The notes below the pieces were generated by a model. That model was not told the origin of the DNA. It searched no databases and was given only the letters and a program-made list of their open reading frames with translations. A stretch of DNA of 64,000 nt from Escherichia coli. Its GTDB lineage: Bacteria; Pseudomonadota; Gammaproteobacteria; Enterobacterales; Enterobacteriaceae. The position numbers and the translations under genes are program-made. This document shows, piece after piece, positions 20,865 to 35,328 of the stretch (its first letter is position 1; every line of letters starts with the position of its first letter). The stretch lies in assembly GCF_050920415.1 (NCBI RefSeq), contig NZ_CP169309.1. One strand, given 5' to 3'.

Positions 20865-21575
20865 TCAGGGCAGATCTTGCTCCTTCTTTGCACTCAAACC
20901 GCCGTAATCATTTATCGCCCGCCAGGCGACATGACACGGTGCTATTGCCTGACACCAGCTTGTCTGACGCTGGCTTTTAGGCGGTACAACTCCCGCATTA
21001 CTTAACGCTTTACCATTTACGCTCACCTGAATCAGGTTAATATAGTACGGCGTTGGGTTAGTGAGTTGCAAACCCTGCGAATTCCGTGACCAGCGTAATT
21101 GTTGATAAGCTTCCAGCGGGTCGCCCGGCAAACCTTCGGGTCGCCAGAACAGTTTAAATACCGAGCGCATCGCTACTTTTACGTTCTGATTTTCTACTTT
21201 GCCGGATGGCACGCTGGCAATGTTTAGTTCAAATAGCGTTTCGCGATCCACAGGCAACATGTCACTTTCCGTTCTCAGTAAGCGCAATGTGCCTGTAGTA
21301 CTTGGCTTCAGAAAAACAAGCGGCGGAGCGGCCAGTAATGGTACTGGCACTGTCGACGCTTCACCCCCGGCCCAACGAGTTGAGCGATTGATTTTACTGT
21401 TAATAAGCCAGGATTCCTGACTGGTATTAGTCAGTGAGATAGATATCGATTCTCTGTGTGCCGGGAAGATAAATCGCGTTCCTCCAACCACCACGCCAGC
21501 CTGCAGTTCACCCGCCACCAGCAGCGATAAAACGGCAAAAATAGAGAGCGTCAATCTGTTCCACGGATTAGTCAT
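20865..21575 (-). CDS. ycbF: putative periplasmic pilus chaperone YcbF
   Basis: PapD-like chaperone sequence; start uncertain (ATG at 21575 gives 236 aa, alternative ATG at 21602). Confidence 0.8.
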   Translation of the reverse strand: MTNPWNRLTLSIFAVLSLLVAGELQAGVVVGGTRFIFPAHRESISISLTNTSQESWLINSKINRSTRWAGGEASTVPVPLLAAPPLVFLKPSTTGTLRLLRTESDMLPVDRETLFELNIASVPSGKVENQNVKVAMRSVFKLFWRPEGLPGDPLEAYQQLRWSRNSQGLQLTNPTPYYINLIQVSVNGKALSNAGVVPPKSQRQTSWCQAIAPCHVAWRAINDYGGLSAKKEQDLP

Positions 21576-22086
21576 AATGAAGTACAAATGTCGCGCTGGC
21601 ATTTACTTTACCCGACTGCACATCGCTATTGACAGGTCGCAATTGCGCATAAAAAGTTAATGGCACCTTACCACTGTGTAAGATGTAGTCTTTACTCGCC
21701 TGGTTAAGCGGAATCAATATCTTCGCATCATCCAGAATCGCAATCGCTAACCCACTGGCGGTATCCGTACCACTTTCAATGGACAACATTTCGCTCTTCA
21801 TTCCGTCGGGTGTTCCTGAAAAAGTGACGTCAACGGTGCTGACATCTGTTCCGCAATCCTGCAAATTAATGATGAAAGATTTCTCCGGGCCATAATTCCC
21901 ATGAGAAAAACGTGTCAGTGAGACATCGCCTAACTGCACATTGCTTTGCTTGCTATCCTGTGCAAGCACGCATGTATTACGGCGAAACGATCCGCTGATG
22001 TTAACCGTGCCATCATGGGCAAACACCTCACAGCTCCCCATCCATCCCACCAGGCACAGAATCCAGATTATTCGTTTCAACGTCAC
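21568..22086 (-). CDS. ycbV: fimbrial-like protein YcbV
   Basis: about 172 aa with GTG start and signal peptide; fimbrial subunit-like. Confidence 0.8.
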   Translation of the reverse strand: MTLKRIIWILCLVGWMGSCEVFAHDGTVNISGSFRRNTCVLAQDSKQSNVQLGDVSLTRFSHGNYGPEKSFIINLQDCGTDVSTVDVTFSGTPDGMKSEMLSIESGTDTASGLAIAILDDAKILIPLNQASKDYILHSGKVPLTFYAQLRPVNSDVQSGKVNASATFVLHYD

Positions 22087-22089
22087 TCC

Positions 22090-22632
22090 TTACTGATAAA
22101 CCAGATCAAAATAGAGAACCGCCGTCGCATTACCGCCCGTTGCTCCCGCCTTAGTGGACTTATAACGAAGTTGATATTTGAGTGTGTTATCCCCCGCTTT
22201 TAAAGGTGTAAGAGGTTGGACCTGATTGAGCGGGATTTCTTGTTGACTTTGCGCATCAAGAATTTGCACAGCAATCCCCGTTGCCATACCACCACTTCCG
22301 TCTGTGTCAGTTAGTTTGAGTAGTGTCGGCGCAAGGGGGTCAGCCTCGCCGCTAAAAAGGACGTCCGCGCCAGCAATACCAGCGGCACAACCGGTGATAT
22401 CGATACTCAAATCAGCAGCAGTGCTTACGGTATTCGCGGTCTGAAAATCACTGATATTAAAATCACCAATATGAATATTTTGTAATGCGCTTTTGGTGGC
22501 GACATCACAGCCCTGATCGACCACATTACCATAAATATGCATACTGACTTGTTCAGGCCCAGCCATCCCTACATGGGTGTTAAGAAGGCTAAAGAACAAG
22601 ATAACGCACTGAGATATAGTTTTTTTCTTCAT
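22090..22632 (-). CDS. ycbU: fimbrial-like protein YcbU
   Basis: 180 aa with signal peptide; fimbrial subunit-like. Confidence 0.85.
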   Translation of the reverse strand: MKKKTISQCVILFFSLLNTHVGMAGPEQVSMHIYGNVVDQGCDVATKSALQNIHIGDFNISDFQTANTVSTAADLSIDITGCAAGIAGADVLFSGEADPLAPTLLKLTDTDGSGGMATGIAVQILDAQSQQEIPLNQVQPLTPLKAGDNTLKYQLRYKSTKAGATGGNATAVLYFDLVYQ

Positions 22633-22643
22633 ACGTTCACGCG

Positions 22644-26305
<3,662 letters not shown>

Positions 26306-26329
26306 CTCGCTCTCTTAACTGAAGACGGC

Positions 26330-27031
26330 TTACGATTTACAGTTGAGTTGCGGCGTTTCCGCCCCGTAGTCATTGATGGTTCGGTACGTTACGCGACTGT
26401 TTTGAGCACCCTTTGGCAGAGGGAATTGGTATTTATCAAATGGGGAGATCATTTGATTTTTAACTACTTTTCCACCTATTTTCAGGTCTGTCAGGGTAAT
26501 GAAATAAGGTGTTGGGTTACTGACCGTAACTATGTCAGCTGACGAAGTGCAACGCAGTTTCGCCGGAGCCTCGGCTAAGGGATACGCTAAACCTTTTGGT
26601 CGCCAGAAAAGTTTGATGACGCTTTGTGTGGCAATCTTCAGGGTATTGCCTTCTTCCCGCTTCGTTGTTGAAGGGACTGCCCGTACGCTGGTGAAGAAAA
26701 GAGTTTCTCTGTCTTTCGCCAATGGCGCACCAATGTACATAATGCGTAACAGATTCTCATTTGCCGGATTCAAGACAAATAGCGGTGGTGTTATAATAAA
26801 ATCCGCTGATTTTTTATTAACTGGTGTCATCACCCAAGACTGAATAAGATAAGAAACATCCGGACTGGTGTTACGTACACCAAGTGAAATTTGCTCTTCA
26901 CCTTCTGAATAAACAAGACGTGTTGCTGCAAGTCCAATCCCGCCTTTACCTGCCGCCCATGCGGATGAACAGCTAAGTAATATTGCTGTTAAACTTACGG
27001 TCACAATTCCCTTTGTTATGCAAGTTTTCAT
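26330..27031 (-). CDS. elfD: periplasmic fimbrial chaperone ElfD
   Basis: 233-aa PapD-like chaperone. Confidence 0.9.
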   Translation of the reverse strand: MKTCITKGIVTVSLTAILLSCSSAWAAGKGGIGLAATRLVYSEGEEQISLGVRNTSPDVSYLIQSWVMTPVNKKSADFIITPPLFVLNPANENLLRIMYIGAPLAKDRETLFFTSVRAVPSTTKREEGNTLKIATQSVIKLFWRPKGLAYPLAEAPAKLRCTSSADIVTVSNPTPYFITLTDLKIGGKVVKNQMISPFDKYQFPLPKGAQNSRVTYRTINDYGAETPQLNCKS

Positions 27032-27113
27032 ATATAGTCACTCTTAAAAAATATGAATGTCCCCTCCAGAACACTGGAGGGGGACTAATTAATAAAACAA
27101 TTAATGTTTTATA

Positions 27114-27653
27114 TTAATAATAGTTAATATGGAAGTTTGTTACCGCATTAACATTACCTGAAGTGGCTTTACCCGTAGCGATATAATCAACTTTAAAGGT
27201 CAACGTCTGATCTCCATTCTGCAACAAAATGTTCCCGGTTTCTGTGTCTGGCTTGATGGTCGTTGTGCCATCATTCATGTACATTTGCAGGGCCACGTTT
27301 GTAGCAGCATCAGAAGAGGCCTGATTAGCAAACGCTGTAATCTGCGTAGTATCCGCAGTGCCATTAAAGGTGAACGTTGCATTTTTTGTTACGGTAATAT
27401 CACAATCTGTTAATTCGATTGGCACATCAGTTTGTACCCCAGATACCTGGCCATTGCTTTGCAACTTCGTAGCACTAACATCTGGCAAAGTCACCACGGA
27501 ATCTTTCATCGCAGCTACCAGCGTACACGCTGGGGCAATGACTTTACCATTAAATGTTACTGAGCCATCCGTGATAGCATTATCATCAGCAGCCATAACA
27601 CTGGACGTTGCACATACCACAGTTATAAACGCCGTCAATACACTTTTTTTCAT
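27114..27653 (-). CDS. elfA: major fimbrial subunit ElfA
   Basis: 179 aa from MKKSVLTAFITVVCATSSVMA...; ends in a Tyr-rich C-terminus (HINYY). Confidence 0.85.
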   Translation of the reverse strand: MKKSVLTAFITVVCATSSVMAADDNAITDGSVTFNGKVIAPACTLVAAMKDSVVTLPDVSATKLQSNGQVSGVQTDVPIELTDCDITVTKNATFTFNGTADTTQITAFANQASSDAATNVALQMYMNDGTTTIKPDTETGNILLQNGDQTLTFKVDYIATGKATSGNVNAVTNFHINYY

Positions 27654-28008
27654 CGTTATCATCCTGATCTTTTCGTAAATATGATAATGCCTTTAAATGA
27701 CATTAGACTTAATAATAACAATAACTGTCCGCCATTTAAATCAAGCATACTTAATCCAATAAGTGACAAATCGTTAATTTATAGATTTCATGAATATATT
27801 CTTATTGCCTGAACGAGTAATTCATTGATTCAACATCGAATGAACATCCAATAAATAAATACACGTGATATATATCCCTCAATCCTTAGTTTATTTTTAG
27901 AAAAAGATACACAAATTTTATATTTGGCATTTTCTTGTCTTTCCGACAAACTGACAGAATTGTTATCAAAGTAAAGAATAAAAGAACAGTTGGTTATAAG
28001 GAGGGAGT
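27654..28008. promoter_or_regulatory. AT-rich divergent control region between elfA and ssuE
   Basis: about 355 bp that is visibly AT-rich with A/T tracts. Confidence 0.5.
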
Positions 28009-28584
28009 ATGCGTGTCATCACCCTGGCGGGGAGTCCTCGTTTTCCTTCTCGCTCCAGTTCTTTGCTGGAATATGCGCGGGAAAAACTGAATAACCTGGA
28101 TGTCGAGGTTTATCACTGGAATCTGCAAAACTTCGCCCCGGAGGATCTGCTCTATGCCCGTTTCGATAGTCCGGCCCTGAAAACTTTTACCGAACAGCTG
28201 CAACAGGCCGATGGGTTAATTGTCGCCACACCTGTGTATAAGGCCGCCTATTCCGGAGCGCTGAAAACCCTGCTCGATCTGCTGCCAGAACGTGCGTTGC
28301 AAGACAAAGTGGTACTGCCGCTGGCAACGGGCGGTACAGTGGCTCACCTTCTGGCGGTCGATTACGCGCTTAAACCGGTATTAAGCGCGCTGAAAGCCCA
28401 GGAGATCCTGCACGGCGTGTATGCCGATGACTCACAGGTGATTGATTACCAACATAAACCACAGTTCACGCCGAATCTACAAACCCGACTTGATGCCGCG
28501 CTCGACACCTTCTGGCAGGCGCTGCACCGCCGCGATGTCCAGGTTCCTGACCTTCTGTCTCTGCGAGGTAACGCCCATGCGTAA
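28009..28584 (+). CDS. ssuE: NAD(P)H-dependent FMN reductase SsuE
   Basis: 191 aa MRVITLAGSPRFPSRSSSLLEYAR...; SD aaggaggga upstream. Confidence 0.95.
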   Translation: MRVITLAGSPRFPSRSSSLLEYAREKLNNLDVEVYHWNLQNFAPEDLLYARFDSPALKTFTEQLQQADGLIVATPVYKAAYSGALKTLLDLLPERALQDKVVLPLATGGTVAHLLAVDYALKPVLSALKAQEILHGVYADDSQVIDYQHKPQFTPNLQTRLDAALDTFWQALHRRDVQVPDLLSLRGNAHA

Positions 28585-29536
28585 GATCATTAAACTGGCG
28601 CTGGCGGGATTGCTTAGCGTCTCTACACTCGCGATTGCCGCAGAGTCGTCTCCAGATGCGTTACGTATTGGCTATCAGAAAGGCAGTATTGGTATGGTGC
28701 TGGCAAAAAGCCACCAATTATTGGAAAAACGCTATCCGAAAACCCAAATCTCGTGGGTGGAGTTCCCCGCTGGGCCGCAAATGTTGGAAGCGTTAAACGT
28801 TGGCAGTATTGATCTCGGCAGTACGGGGGATATTCCGCCAATCTTTGCTCAGGCTGCCGGAGCTGATTTGCTGTACGTGGGCGTCGAACCGCCGAAGCCA
28901 AAAGCCGAAGTGATTCTGGTGGCAGAAAACAGTCCGATCAAAACCGTAGCCGATCTTAAAGGTCACAAAGTTGCCTTTCAGAAAGGTTCCAGCTCGCACA
29001 ATCTTTTACTACGCGCACTACGCCAGGCCGGGCTTAATTTCACGGATATCCAGCCCACTTACCTGACGCCTGCCGATGCCCGCGCCGCGTTCCAGCAAGG
29101 TAACGTCGACGCATGGGCTATCTGGGATCCCTACTACTCCGCTGCGTTATTACAGGGCGGCGTGCGGGTGCTGAAAGACGGCACCGATCTCAATCAAACT
29201 GGCTCGTTTTATCTGGCTGCCCATCCGTATGCAGAAAAAAACGGCGCATTTATTCAGGGTGTACTGGCAACCTTTAGTGAGGCCGATGCGTTAACCCGCA
29301 GCCAGCGCGAGCAAAGCATCGCTTTACTGGCAAAAACGATGGGCTTACCAACGCCGGTGATTGCCTCTTATTTAGATCATCGCCCCCCTACCACCATCAA
29401 ACCGGTTAACGCCGAGGTTGCCGCCTTACAGCAGCAAACGGCAGATCTGTTTTATGAAAACCGTCTGGTGCCGGAAAAAGTCGATATTCGCCAACGTATC
29501 TGGCAGCCCACTCAACTGGAAGGAAAACAATTATGA
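28577..29536 (+). CDS. ssuA: aliphatic sulfonate periplasmic binding protein SsuA
   Basis: 319 aa from [21 protein letters not shown]; ORF-track start at 28442 is an extension inside ssuE. Confidence 0.9.
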   Translation: MRKIIKLALAGLLSVSTLAIAAESSPDALRIGYQKGSIGMVLAKSHQLLEKRYPKTQISWVEFPAGPQMLEALNVGSIDLGSTGDIPPIFAQAAGADLLYVGVEPPKPKAEVILVAENSPIKTVADLKGHKVAFQKGSSSHNLLLRALRQAGLNFTDIQPTYLTPADARAAFQQGNVDAWAIWDPYYSAALLQGGVRVLKDGTDLNQTGSFYLAAHPYAEKNGAFIQGVLATFSEADALTRSQREQSIALLAKTMGLPTPVIASYLDHRPPTTIKPVNAEVAALQQQTADLFYENRLVPEKVDIRQRIWQPTQLEGKQL

Positions 29537-30678
29537 GTCTGAATATGTTCTGGTTTTTACCGACCCACGGTGACGGGCATTATCTGGGAACGGAAGAAGG
29601 TTCACGCCCGGTTGATCACGGTTATCTGCAACAAATTGCACAAGCAGCGGATCGTCTGGGCTATACCGGTGTGCTGATCCCAACGGGGCGCTCCTGCGAA
29701 GATGCGTGGCTGGTTGCCGCGTCGATGATCCCGGTGACGCAACGGCTGAAGTTTCTTGTCGCCCTGCGTCCCAGCGTAAACTCTCCTACCGTTGCCGCCC
29801 GCCAGGCCGCCACGCTGGATCGTCTCTCTAACGGACGCGCGTTGTTTAATCTGGTCACAGGCAGCGATCCGCAAGAGCTGGCAGGCGACGGCGTATTCCT
29901 CGATCATTGCGAGCGTTACGAAGCCTCGTCTGAATTTACACAGGTCTGGCGGCGCTTATTGCAGGGCGAAACCGTCGATTTTAACGGTAAACATATTCAT
30001 GTACGCGGAGCAAAACTGCTCTTCCCGCCGATTCAACAGCCCTATCCTCCGCTTTACTTTGGCGGCTCGTCAGACGTCGCCCAGGATCTGGCCGCTGAAC
30101 AGGTTGATCTCTACCTCACCTGGGGCGAACCACCGGCGCTGGTAAAAGAGAAGATCGCGCAAGTGCGGGCGAAAGCTGCCGCACATGGACGCAAAATTCG
30201 TTTCGGTATTCGCCTGCACGTGATTGTCCGCGAAACTAACGACGAAGCGTGGCAGGCCGCTAAGCGCTTAATCTCCCATCTTGATGATGAGACCATCGCT
30301 AAAGCACAAGCCGCGTTTGCCCGCACCGATTCCGTGGGGCAACAGCGAATGGCGGCGCTACATAACGGCAAGCGCGACAATCTGGAGATCAGCCCCAATT
30401 TATGGGCAGGCGTTGGCTTAGTGCGCGGCGGTGCCGGGACGGCGTTGGTGGGCGATGGTCCGACGGTCGCCGCGCGAATCAACGAATACGCTGCGCTTGG
30501 CATCGACAGCTTTCTGCTTTCTGGTTATCCGCATCTGGAAGAAGCGTATCGGGTCGGCGAGTTGTTGTTCCCACATCTGGATATTGCCATTCCGGAAATT
30601 CCCCAGCCACAACCGCTGAATCCGCAAGGCGAAGCGGTGGCGAATGATTTTATCCCCCGTAAAGTCGCGCAAAGCTAA
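29533..30678 (+). CDS. ssuD: FMNH2-dependent alkanesulfonate monooxygenase SsuD
   Basis: 381 aa; 4-bp overlap with ssuA. Confidence 0.95.
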   Translation: MSLNMFWFLPTHGDGHYLGTEEGSRPVDHGYLQQIAQAADRLGYTGVLIPTGRSCEDAWLVAASMIPVTQRLKFLVALRPSVNSPTVAARQAATLDRLSNGRALFNLVTGSDPQELAGDGVFLDHCERYEASSEFTQVWRRLLQGETVDFNGKHIHVRGAKLLFPPIQQPYPPLYFGGSSDVAQDLAAEQVDLYLTWGEPPALVKEKIAQVRAKAAAHGRKIRFGIRLHVIVRETNDEAWQAAKRLISHLDDETIAKAQAAFARTDSVGQQRMAALHNGKRDNLEISPNLWAGVGLVRGGAGTALVGDGPTVAARINEYAALGIDSFLLSGYPHLEEAYRVGELLFPHLDIAIPEIPQPQPLNPQGEAVANDFIPRKVAQS

Positions 30679-30689
30679 GGAACAAAATG

Positions 30690-31481
30690 ATGGCAACGCC
30701 AGTGAAAAAGTGGTTATTGCGCGTTGCCCCCTGGTTTTTACCGGTGGGCATCGTGGCGGTGTGGCAACTGGCCTCCTCAGTTGGCTGGCTGTCGACGCGT
30801 ATTTTGCCCTCTCCGGAAGGAGTGATGACGGCGTTCTGGACGCTCTCCGCCAGTGGCGAATTGTGGCAACATCTGGCGATCAGCTCCTGGCGGGCGTTGA
30901 TTGGATTTTCAATTGGCGGATCGCTGGGGTTGATTCTGGGACTGATAAGCGGACTGTCGCGCTGGGGAGAAAGGCTGCTGGATACCTCAATTCAGATGTT
31001 GCGCAACGTGCCGCATCTGGCGCTGATCCCGCTGGTGATTTTGTGGTTTGGCATTGATGAATCCGCAAAAATCTTTCTGGTGGCGCTCGGCACGCTATTC
31101 CCCATTTATATCAACACCTGGCACGGCATCCGTAATATCGATCGCGGTCTGGTGGAAATGGCGCGTAGCTATGGATTATCCGGCATACCGCTGTTTATCC
31201 ATGTGATCCTGCCTGGTGCCCTGCCCTCAATTATGGTCGGCGTACGTTTTGCGTTGGGCCTGATGTGGCTGACGCTGATTGTTGCCGAAACTATTTCTGC
31301 CAATTCCGGCATTGGTTATCTGGCGATGAATGCGCGGGAGTTTTTGCAAACGGATGTGGTGGTAGTCGCCATTATTCTCTACGCCCTGCTCGGCAAACTT
31401 GCTGACGTCAGCGCGCAGCTGTTAGAGCGCCTCTGGCTGCGCTGGAACCCGGCTTATCATTTGAAGGAGGCCACGGTATGA
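30690..31481 (+). CDS. ssuC: aliphatic sulfonate ABC permease SsuC
   Basis: 263 aa from [10 protein letters not shown]...; multiple transmembrane segments. Confidence 0.9.
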   Translation: MATPVKKWLLRVAPWFLPVGIVAVWQLASSVGWLSTRILPSPEGVMTAFWTLSASGELWQHLAISSWRALIGFSIGGSLGLILGLISGLSRWGERLLDTSIQMLRNVPHLALIPLVILWFGIDESAKIFLVALGTLFPIYINTWHGIRNIDRGLVEMARSYGLSGIPLFIHVILPGALPSIMVGVRFALGLMWLTLIVAETISANSGIGYLAMNAREFLQTDVVVVAIILYALLGKLADVSAQLLERLWLRWNPAYHLKEATV

Positions 31482-32245
31482 ATACTGCTCGTCTGAACCA
31501 GGGCACACCCTTGTTACTCAATGCAGTAAGCAAACATTACGCGGAAAATATCGTCCTGAATCAACTGGATTTACATATTCCGGCAGGTCAGTTTGTGGCG
31601 GTGGTTGGCCGCAGCGGTGGTGGCAAAAGTACCCTGCTGCGCCTGCTGGCAGGTCTGGAAACGCCAACCGCAGGCGATGTGTTAGCGGGTACCACACCGC
31701 TGGCTGAGATTCAGGAAGACACGCGAATGATGTTTCAGGATGCGCGTCTGCTACCGTGGAAATCGGTGATTGATAACGTTGGGTTAGGCCTTAAAGGCCA
31801 GTGGCGCGATGCGGCGCGTCGGGTGCTGGCTGCAGTAGGGCTGGAGAATCGCGCGGAGGAATGGCCTGCCGCACTTTCTGGCGGGCAGAAACAGCGTGTG
31901 GCGCTGGCAAGAGCGTTGATTCATCGACCGGGTTTATTATTGCTTGATGAACCGCTCGGGGCGCTGGACGCCCTGACTCGGCTCGAGATGCAGGATTTGA
32001 TTGTGTCACTTTGGCAGGAGCACGGCTTTACCGTACTGTTGGTGACGCATGATGTGAGCGAAGCGGTAGCAATGGCGGACCGGGTGTTGTTAATTGAAGA
32101 GGGAAAAATTGGTCTGGATTTGACGGTGGATATCCCCCGTCCGCGCCGATTAGGGTCGGTGCGATTAGCGGAGCTGGAAGCGGAAGTGTTGCAGCGGGTA
32201 ATGCAGCGTGGGCATTCTGAACAACCGATTCGACGTCATGGTTAA
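31478..32245 (+). CDS. ssuB: aliphatic sulfonate ABC ATP-binding protein SsuB
   Basis: 255 aa with Walker [10 protein letters not shown] and LSGGQKQR signature; 4-bp overlap with ssuC. Confidence 0.95.
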   Translation: MNTARLNQGTPLLLNAVSKHYAENIVLNQLDLHIPAGQFVAVVGRSGGGKSTLLRLLAGLETPTAGDVLAGTTPLAEIQEDTRMMFQDARLLPWKSVIDNVGLGLKGQWRDAARRVLAAVGLENRAEEWPAALSGGQKQRVALARALIHRPGLLLLDEPLGALDALTRLEMQDLIVSLWQEHGFTVLLVTHDVSEAVAMADRVLLIEEGKIGLDLTVDIPRPRRLGSVRLAELEAEVLQRVMQRGHSEQPIRRHG

Positions 32246-32248
32246 TAT

Positions 32249-32445
32249 GCCGGATGTGGCGCACAAAACCAGCGGTTTCAACGGATTGTAGGCCTGATAA
32301 GACGCGTCAAGCGTCGCATCAGGCATTTGGGCACGGCTGCCGGATGCGGCGTGAACGCCTTATCCAGCCTACAAAACCAGCATTTTCAACGGACTTGTAG
32401 GCCTGATAAGACGCGTCAAGCGTCGCATCCGGCATTTGGGCTCAA
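32249..32445. repeat. REP/BIME cluster between convergent ssuB and pepN
   Basis: two near-identical ~68-bp units (32265-32332 and 32372-32441) separated by the REP-type sequence gccggatgcggcgtgaacgccttatccagcctac. Confidence 0.85.
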
Positions 32446-32450
32446 AAGTA

Positions 32451-35063
32451 TCAAGCCAGTGCTTTAGTTATCTTCTCGTACAGATCTCCAGAGAGATTTT
32501 CCAGCCCTTTCAACTGCTCCAGCGCCGCGCGCATTTTCTCCTGACGTTTGGCATCGTAACGCTTCAGGCGAATCAGCGGTTCAATCAGACGTGAAGCCAC
32601 CTGCGGGTTACGGCTGTTGAGGTCGGTAAGCATTTCCACCAGGAACTGGTAACCGCTGCCATCTTCGGCATGGAACGCTGCCGGGTTGCTGCCCGCAAAT
32701 GCCCCAATCAACGAACGAATGCGGTTCGGGTTGCTCATGGTAAATGAGCGATGCTGCAACAGACCACGCACCGTCTCCAGCACATTTGCCGCCGGACTCG
32801 TGGCTTGCAGGATAAACCATTTATCCATCACCAGACCGTCCTGATGCCACTTGTCGTCGTACTCCTGCATCAGCGCGTCACGGCATGGCAGCTGTGCGGC
32901 AACCGCCGCAGAAAGCGCCGCCAGCGCATCGGTCATATTGTTTGCTTCATGGTACTGCTTGCTTACCAGCACGTCAGCCAGATGCGTTTCACCAAAAGCG
33001 AGGAAGCGCAGGCAGGCATTACGCAGAGTGCGTTTTGCAATATCTTCATGCTCAACGCGGTACTCGCTCTGATAATTTGCGTTATAAATAGCCAGCAGCT
33101 CATCCGCCAGTTCAGTCGCCAGAGTACGGGTAAGTGCTTCGCGTACTTCGGCAATAGCAATCGGGTCGATGATATCGAACAGTTCCGCCATTTCATTGAC
33201 GGATGGCAGCGTCAGAATTTCTGCCGCCAGTGCCGGGTCAATCTTCTCATCCAGCAGCACCGCGCGGAAAGCATCGGCAACGTGTGCGGGTAAAGACAAT
33301 GGTTGACCTTGCTGATGACGGGCGACGTTCAGTTTGATGTAGGTTGCCAGCAGGCTTTGTGCCGCATCCCAGCGGGAGAAATCATTACGCGCATGACGCA
33401 TCAGGAAGGTCAGTTGCTGATCGCTCCACTTATATTCCAGTTTCACTGGCGCAGAGAATTCACACAGCAGTGCGGGCACCGGCTGGAAGTAGACATTATC
33501 AAAGACAAAGGTCTGTTCCGCCTGGGTGACGTTCAGTACCGAATTCACCGGGTGACCGCCTTTCTGCAACGGGATCACTTTGCCTTCGTTGTCATACAGT
33601 TCAATGGCAAACGGAATATGCAGCGGCTGTTTTTCTGCCTGATCCGGCGTAGCAGGCGTGCGCTGGCTGATGGTCAGGGTGTACTGCTCGGTTTCCGGAT
33701 TATAGTCGTCTTTGACGGTCACAACCGGCGTACCGGACTGGCTGTACCAACGGCGGAAATGGGAGAGATCGACATTTGACGCATCTTCCATCGCCTGAAC
33801 AAAGTCGTCGCAGGTTGCCGCACTGCCATCATGGCGCTCGAAATAGAGCTGCATCCCTTTCTGGAAGTTTTCTTCGCCCAGCAGAGTGTGGATCATGCGA
33901 ATCACTTCCGCGCCCTTCTCATAAACGGTCAGGGTGTAGAAGTTGTTCATTTCAATAACCATATCCGGGCGGATCGGGTGCGCCATCGGGCTGGCGTCTT
34001 CCGCAAACTGCAATCCGCGCATGGTGCGCACGTTGTTGATACGGTTTACTGCGCGGGAACCAAGATCAGAGCTGAATTCCTGATCGCGGAAGACGGTTAA
34101 GCCTTCTTTCAGGCTGAGCTGGAACCAGTCGCGGCAGGTCACACGGTTACCGGTCCAGTTATGGAAATATTCATGACCAATAACGCGCTCAATATCGAGA
34201 TAATCTTTATCGGTCGCGGTATCGATGCGCGCCAGTACATACTTAGAGTTAAAGATGTTAAGACCTTTATTCTCCATTGCGCCCATATTGAAGAAATCCA
34301 CCGCGACTATCATATAGATGTCGAGGTCATACTCCAGACCGAAGCGTTCTTCATCCCACTTCATGGAATTTTTCAGCGAGGTCATCGCCCACGGTGCACG
34401 GTCGAGATTACCACGATCAACATACAGCTCTAGCGCCACTTCGCGACCAGAACGCGTGGTGAAGGTGTCGCGCAGTACATCAAAGTCACCTGCCACCAGC
34501 GCAAACAGGTAGCACGGTTTCGGGAACGGGTCCTGCCATTGTACCCAGTGGCGTCCGTTTTCCAGTTCGCCTTGCGCAACGCGGTTACCGTTGGAAAGCA
34601 GGAACGGGTATTTGGTTTTATCGGCAATAATTTTGGTGGTAAAACGCGCCAGCACGTCCGGGCGGTCGAGATAATACGTAATATGGCGGAAACCTTCGGC
34701 TTCACACTGGGTGCAAAGCGCATCGCCTGACTGATAAAGCCCTTCCAGCGCAGTATTCGCCGCTGGGCTAATTTCATTAACGATCTTGAGCGTAAAACGC
34801 TCCGGCAAATTACTGATGACCAGTGCGCCCTCTTCTTCTTTCCAGGCGGTCCACGGCTCATCATTAATATGAACAGAAACCAGTTTAAGATCTTCGCCAT
34901 CAAGACGAAGCGGAGCATCTGATGCACCATGACGGACAGCCTGGCTGACCGCGGTAACGACCGTCTTTTGCGCGTCCAGGTCAAAGGTCAAGTCAATATC
35001 AGTAATCTGGTAATCCGGCGCACGATAATCGTGACGGTATTTGGCTTGTGGCTGTTGAGTCAT
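32451..35063 (-). CDS. pepN: aminopeptidase N
   Basis: 870 aa with GAMEN and HEYFH zinc-binding motifs. Confidence 0.95.
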   Translation of the reverse strand: MTQQPQAKYRHDYRAPDYQITDIDLTFDLDAQKTVVTAVSQAVRHGASDAPLRLDGEDLKLVSVHINDEPWTAWKEEEGALVISNLPERFTLKIVNEISPAANTALEGLYQSGDALCTQCEAEGFRHITYYLDRPDVLARFTTKIIADKTKYPFLLSNGNRVAQGELENGRHWVQWQDPFPKPCYLFALVAGDFDVLRDTFTTRSGREVALELYVDRGNLDRAPWAMTSLKNSMKWDEERFGLEYDLDIYMIVAVDFFNMGAMENKGLNIFNSKYVLARIDTATDKDYLDIERVIGHEYFHNWTGNRVTCRDWFQLSLKEGLTVFRDQEFSSDLGSRAVNRINNVRTMRGLQFAEDASPMAHPIRPDMVIEMNNFYTLTVYEKGAEVIRMIHTLLGEENFQKGMQLYFERHDGSAATCDDFVQAMEDASNVDLSHFRRWYSQSGTPVVTVKDDYNPETEQYTLTISQRTPATPDQAEKQPLHIPFAIELYDNEGKVIPLQKGGHPVNSVLNVTQAEQTFVFDNVYFQPVPALLCEFSAPVKLEYKWSDQQLTFLMRHARNDFSRWDAAQSLLATYIKLNVARHQQGQPLSLPAHVADAFRAVLLDEKIDPALAAEILTLPSVNEMAELFDIIDPIAIAEVREALTRTLATELADELLAIYNANYQSEYRVEHEDIAKRTLRNACLRFLAFGETHLADVLVSKQYHEANNMTDALAALSAAVAAQLPCRDALMQEYDDKWHQDGLVMDKWFILQATSPAANVLETVRGLLQHRSFTMSNPNRIRSLIGAFAGSNPAAFHAEDGSGYQFLVEMLTDLNSRNPQVASRLIEPLIRLKRYDAKRQEKMRAALEQLKGLENLSGDLYEKITKALA

Positions 35064-35282
35064 AAATAACCTTTAGCATCTTTTATAGAGTCTGGTGTTC
35101 AGTCTATTCCTGTTGCGTAAATCGCGCTATGCAGAATCTTCATCTTTTCAGGTACAAACGCCTTTATTGCTACATTTTTATAACATACGCAGCGCAATAC
35201 CATCGACCAGAAAGGTGACATATGGTGTGATCGGGGTTCAATAAATTACGAAACAAGGTATACTCCAGCAGTTCCTGAAGAT

Positions 35283-35299
35283 GTTTATTGTACTAAACG
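35283..35299 (+). promoter_or_regulatory. NadR operator upstream of pncB
   Basis: tgtttattgtactaaac: TGTTTA-N6-TAAAC palindrome 30 bp upstream of the pncB ATG. Confidence 0.6.
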
Positions 35300-35328
35300 C
35301 TCCTGTACGAGGACGCTACTGCGCACCT

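Noticed and set aside
28442-28576. upstream extension of ssuA inside ssuE
   Set aside because: SsuA begins at the ATG at 28577 ([11 protein letters not shown] signal peptide); the extension overlaps ssuE in another frame.
32249-32445. repeated units as a possible CRISPR array
   Set aside because: Only two units, palindromic, with REP consensus sequence and no cas genes nearby; this is a BIME/REP element.
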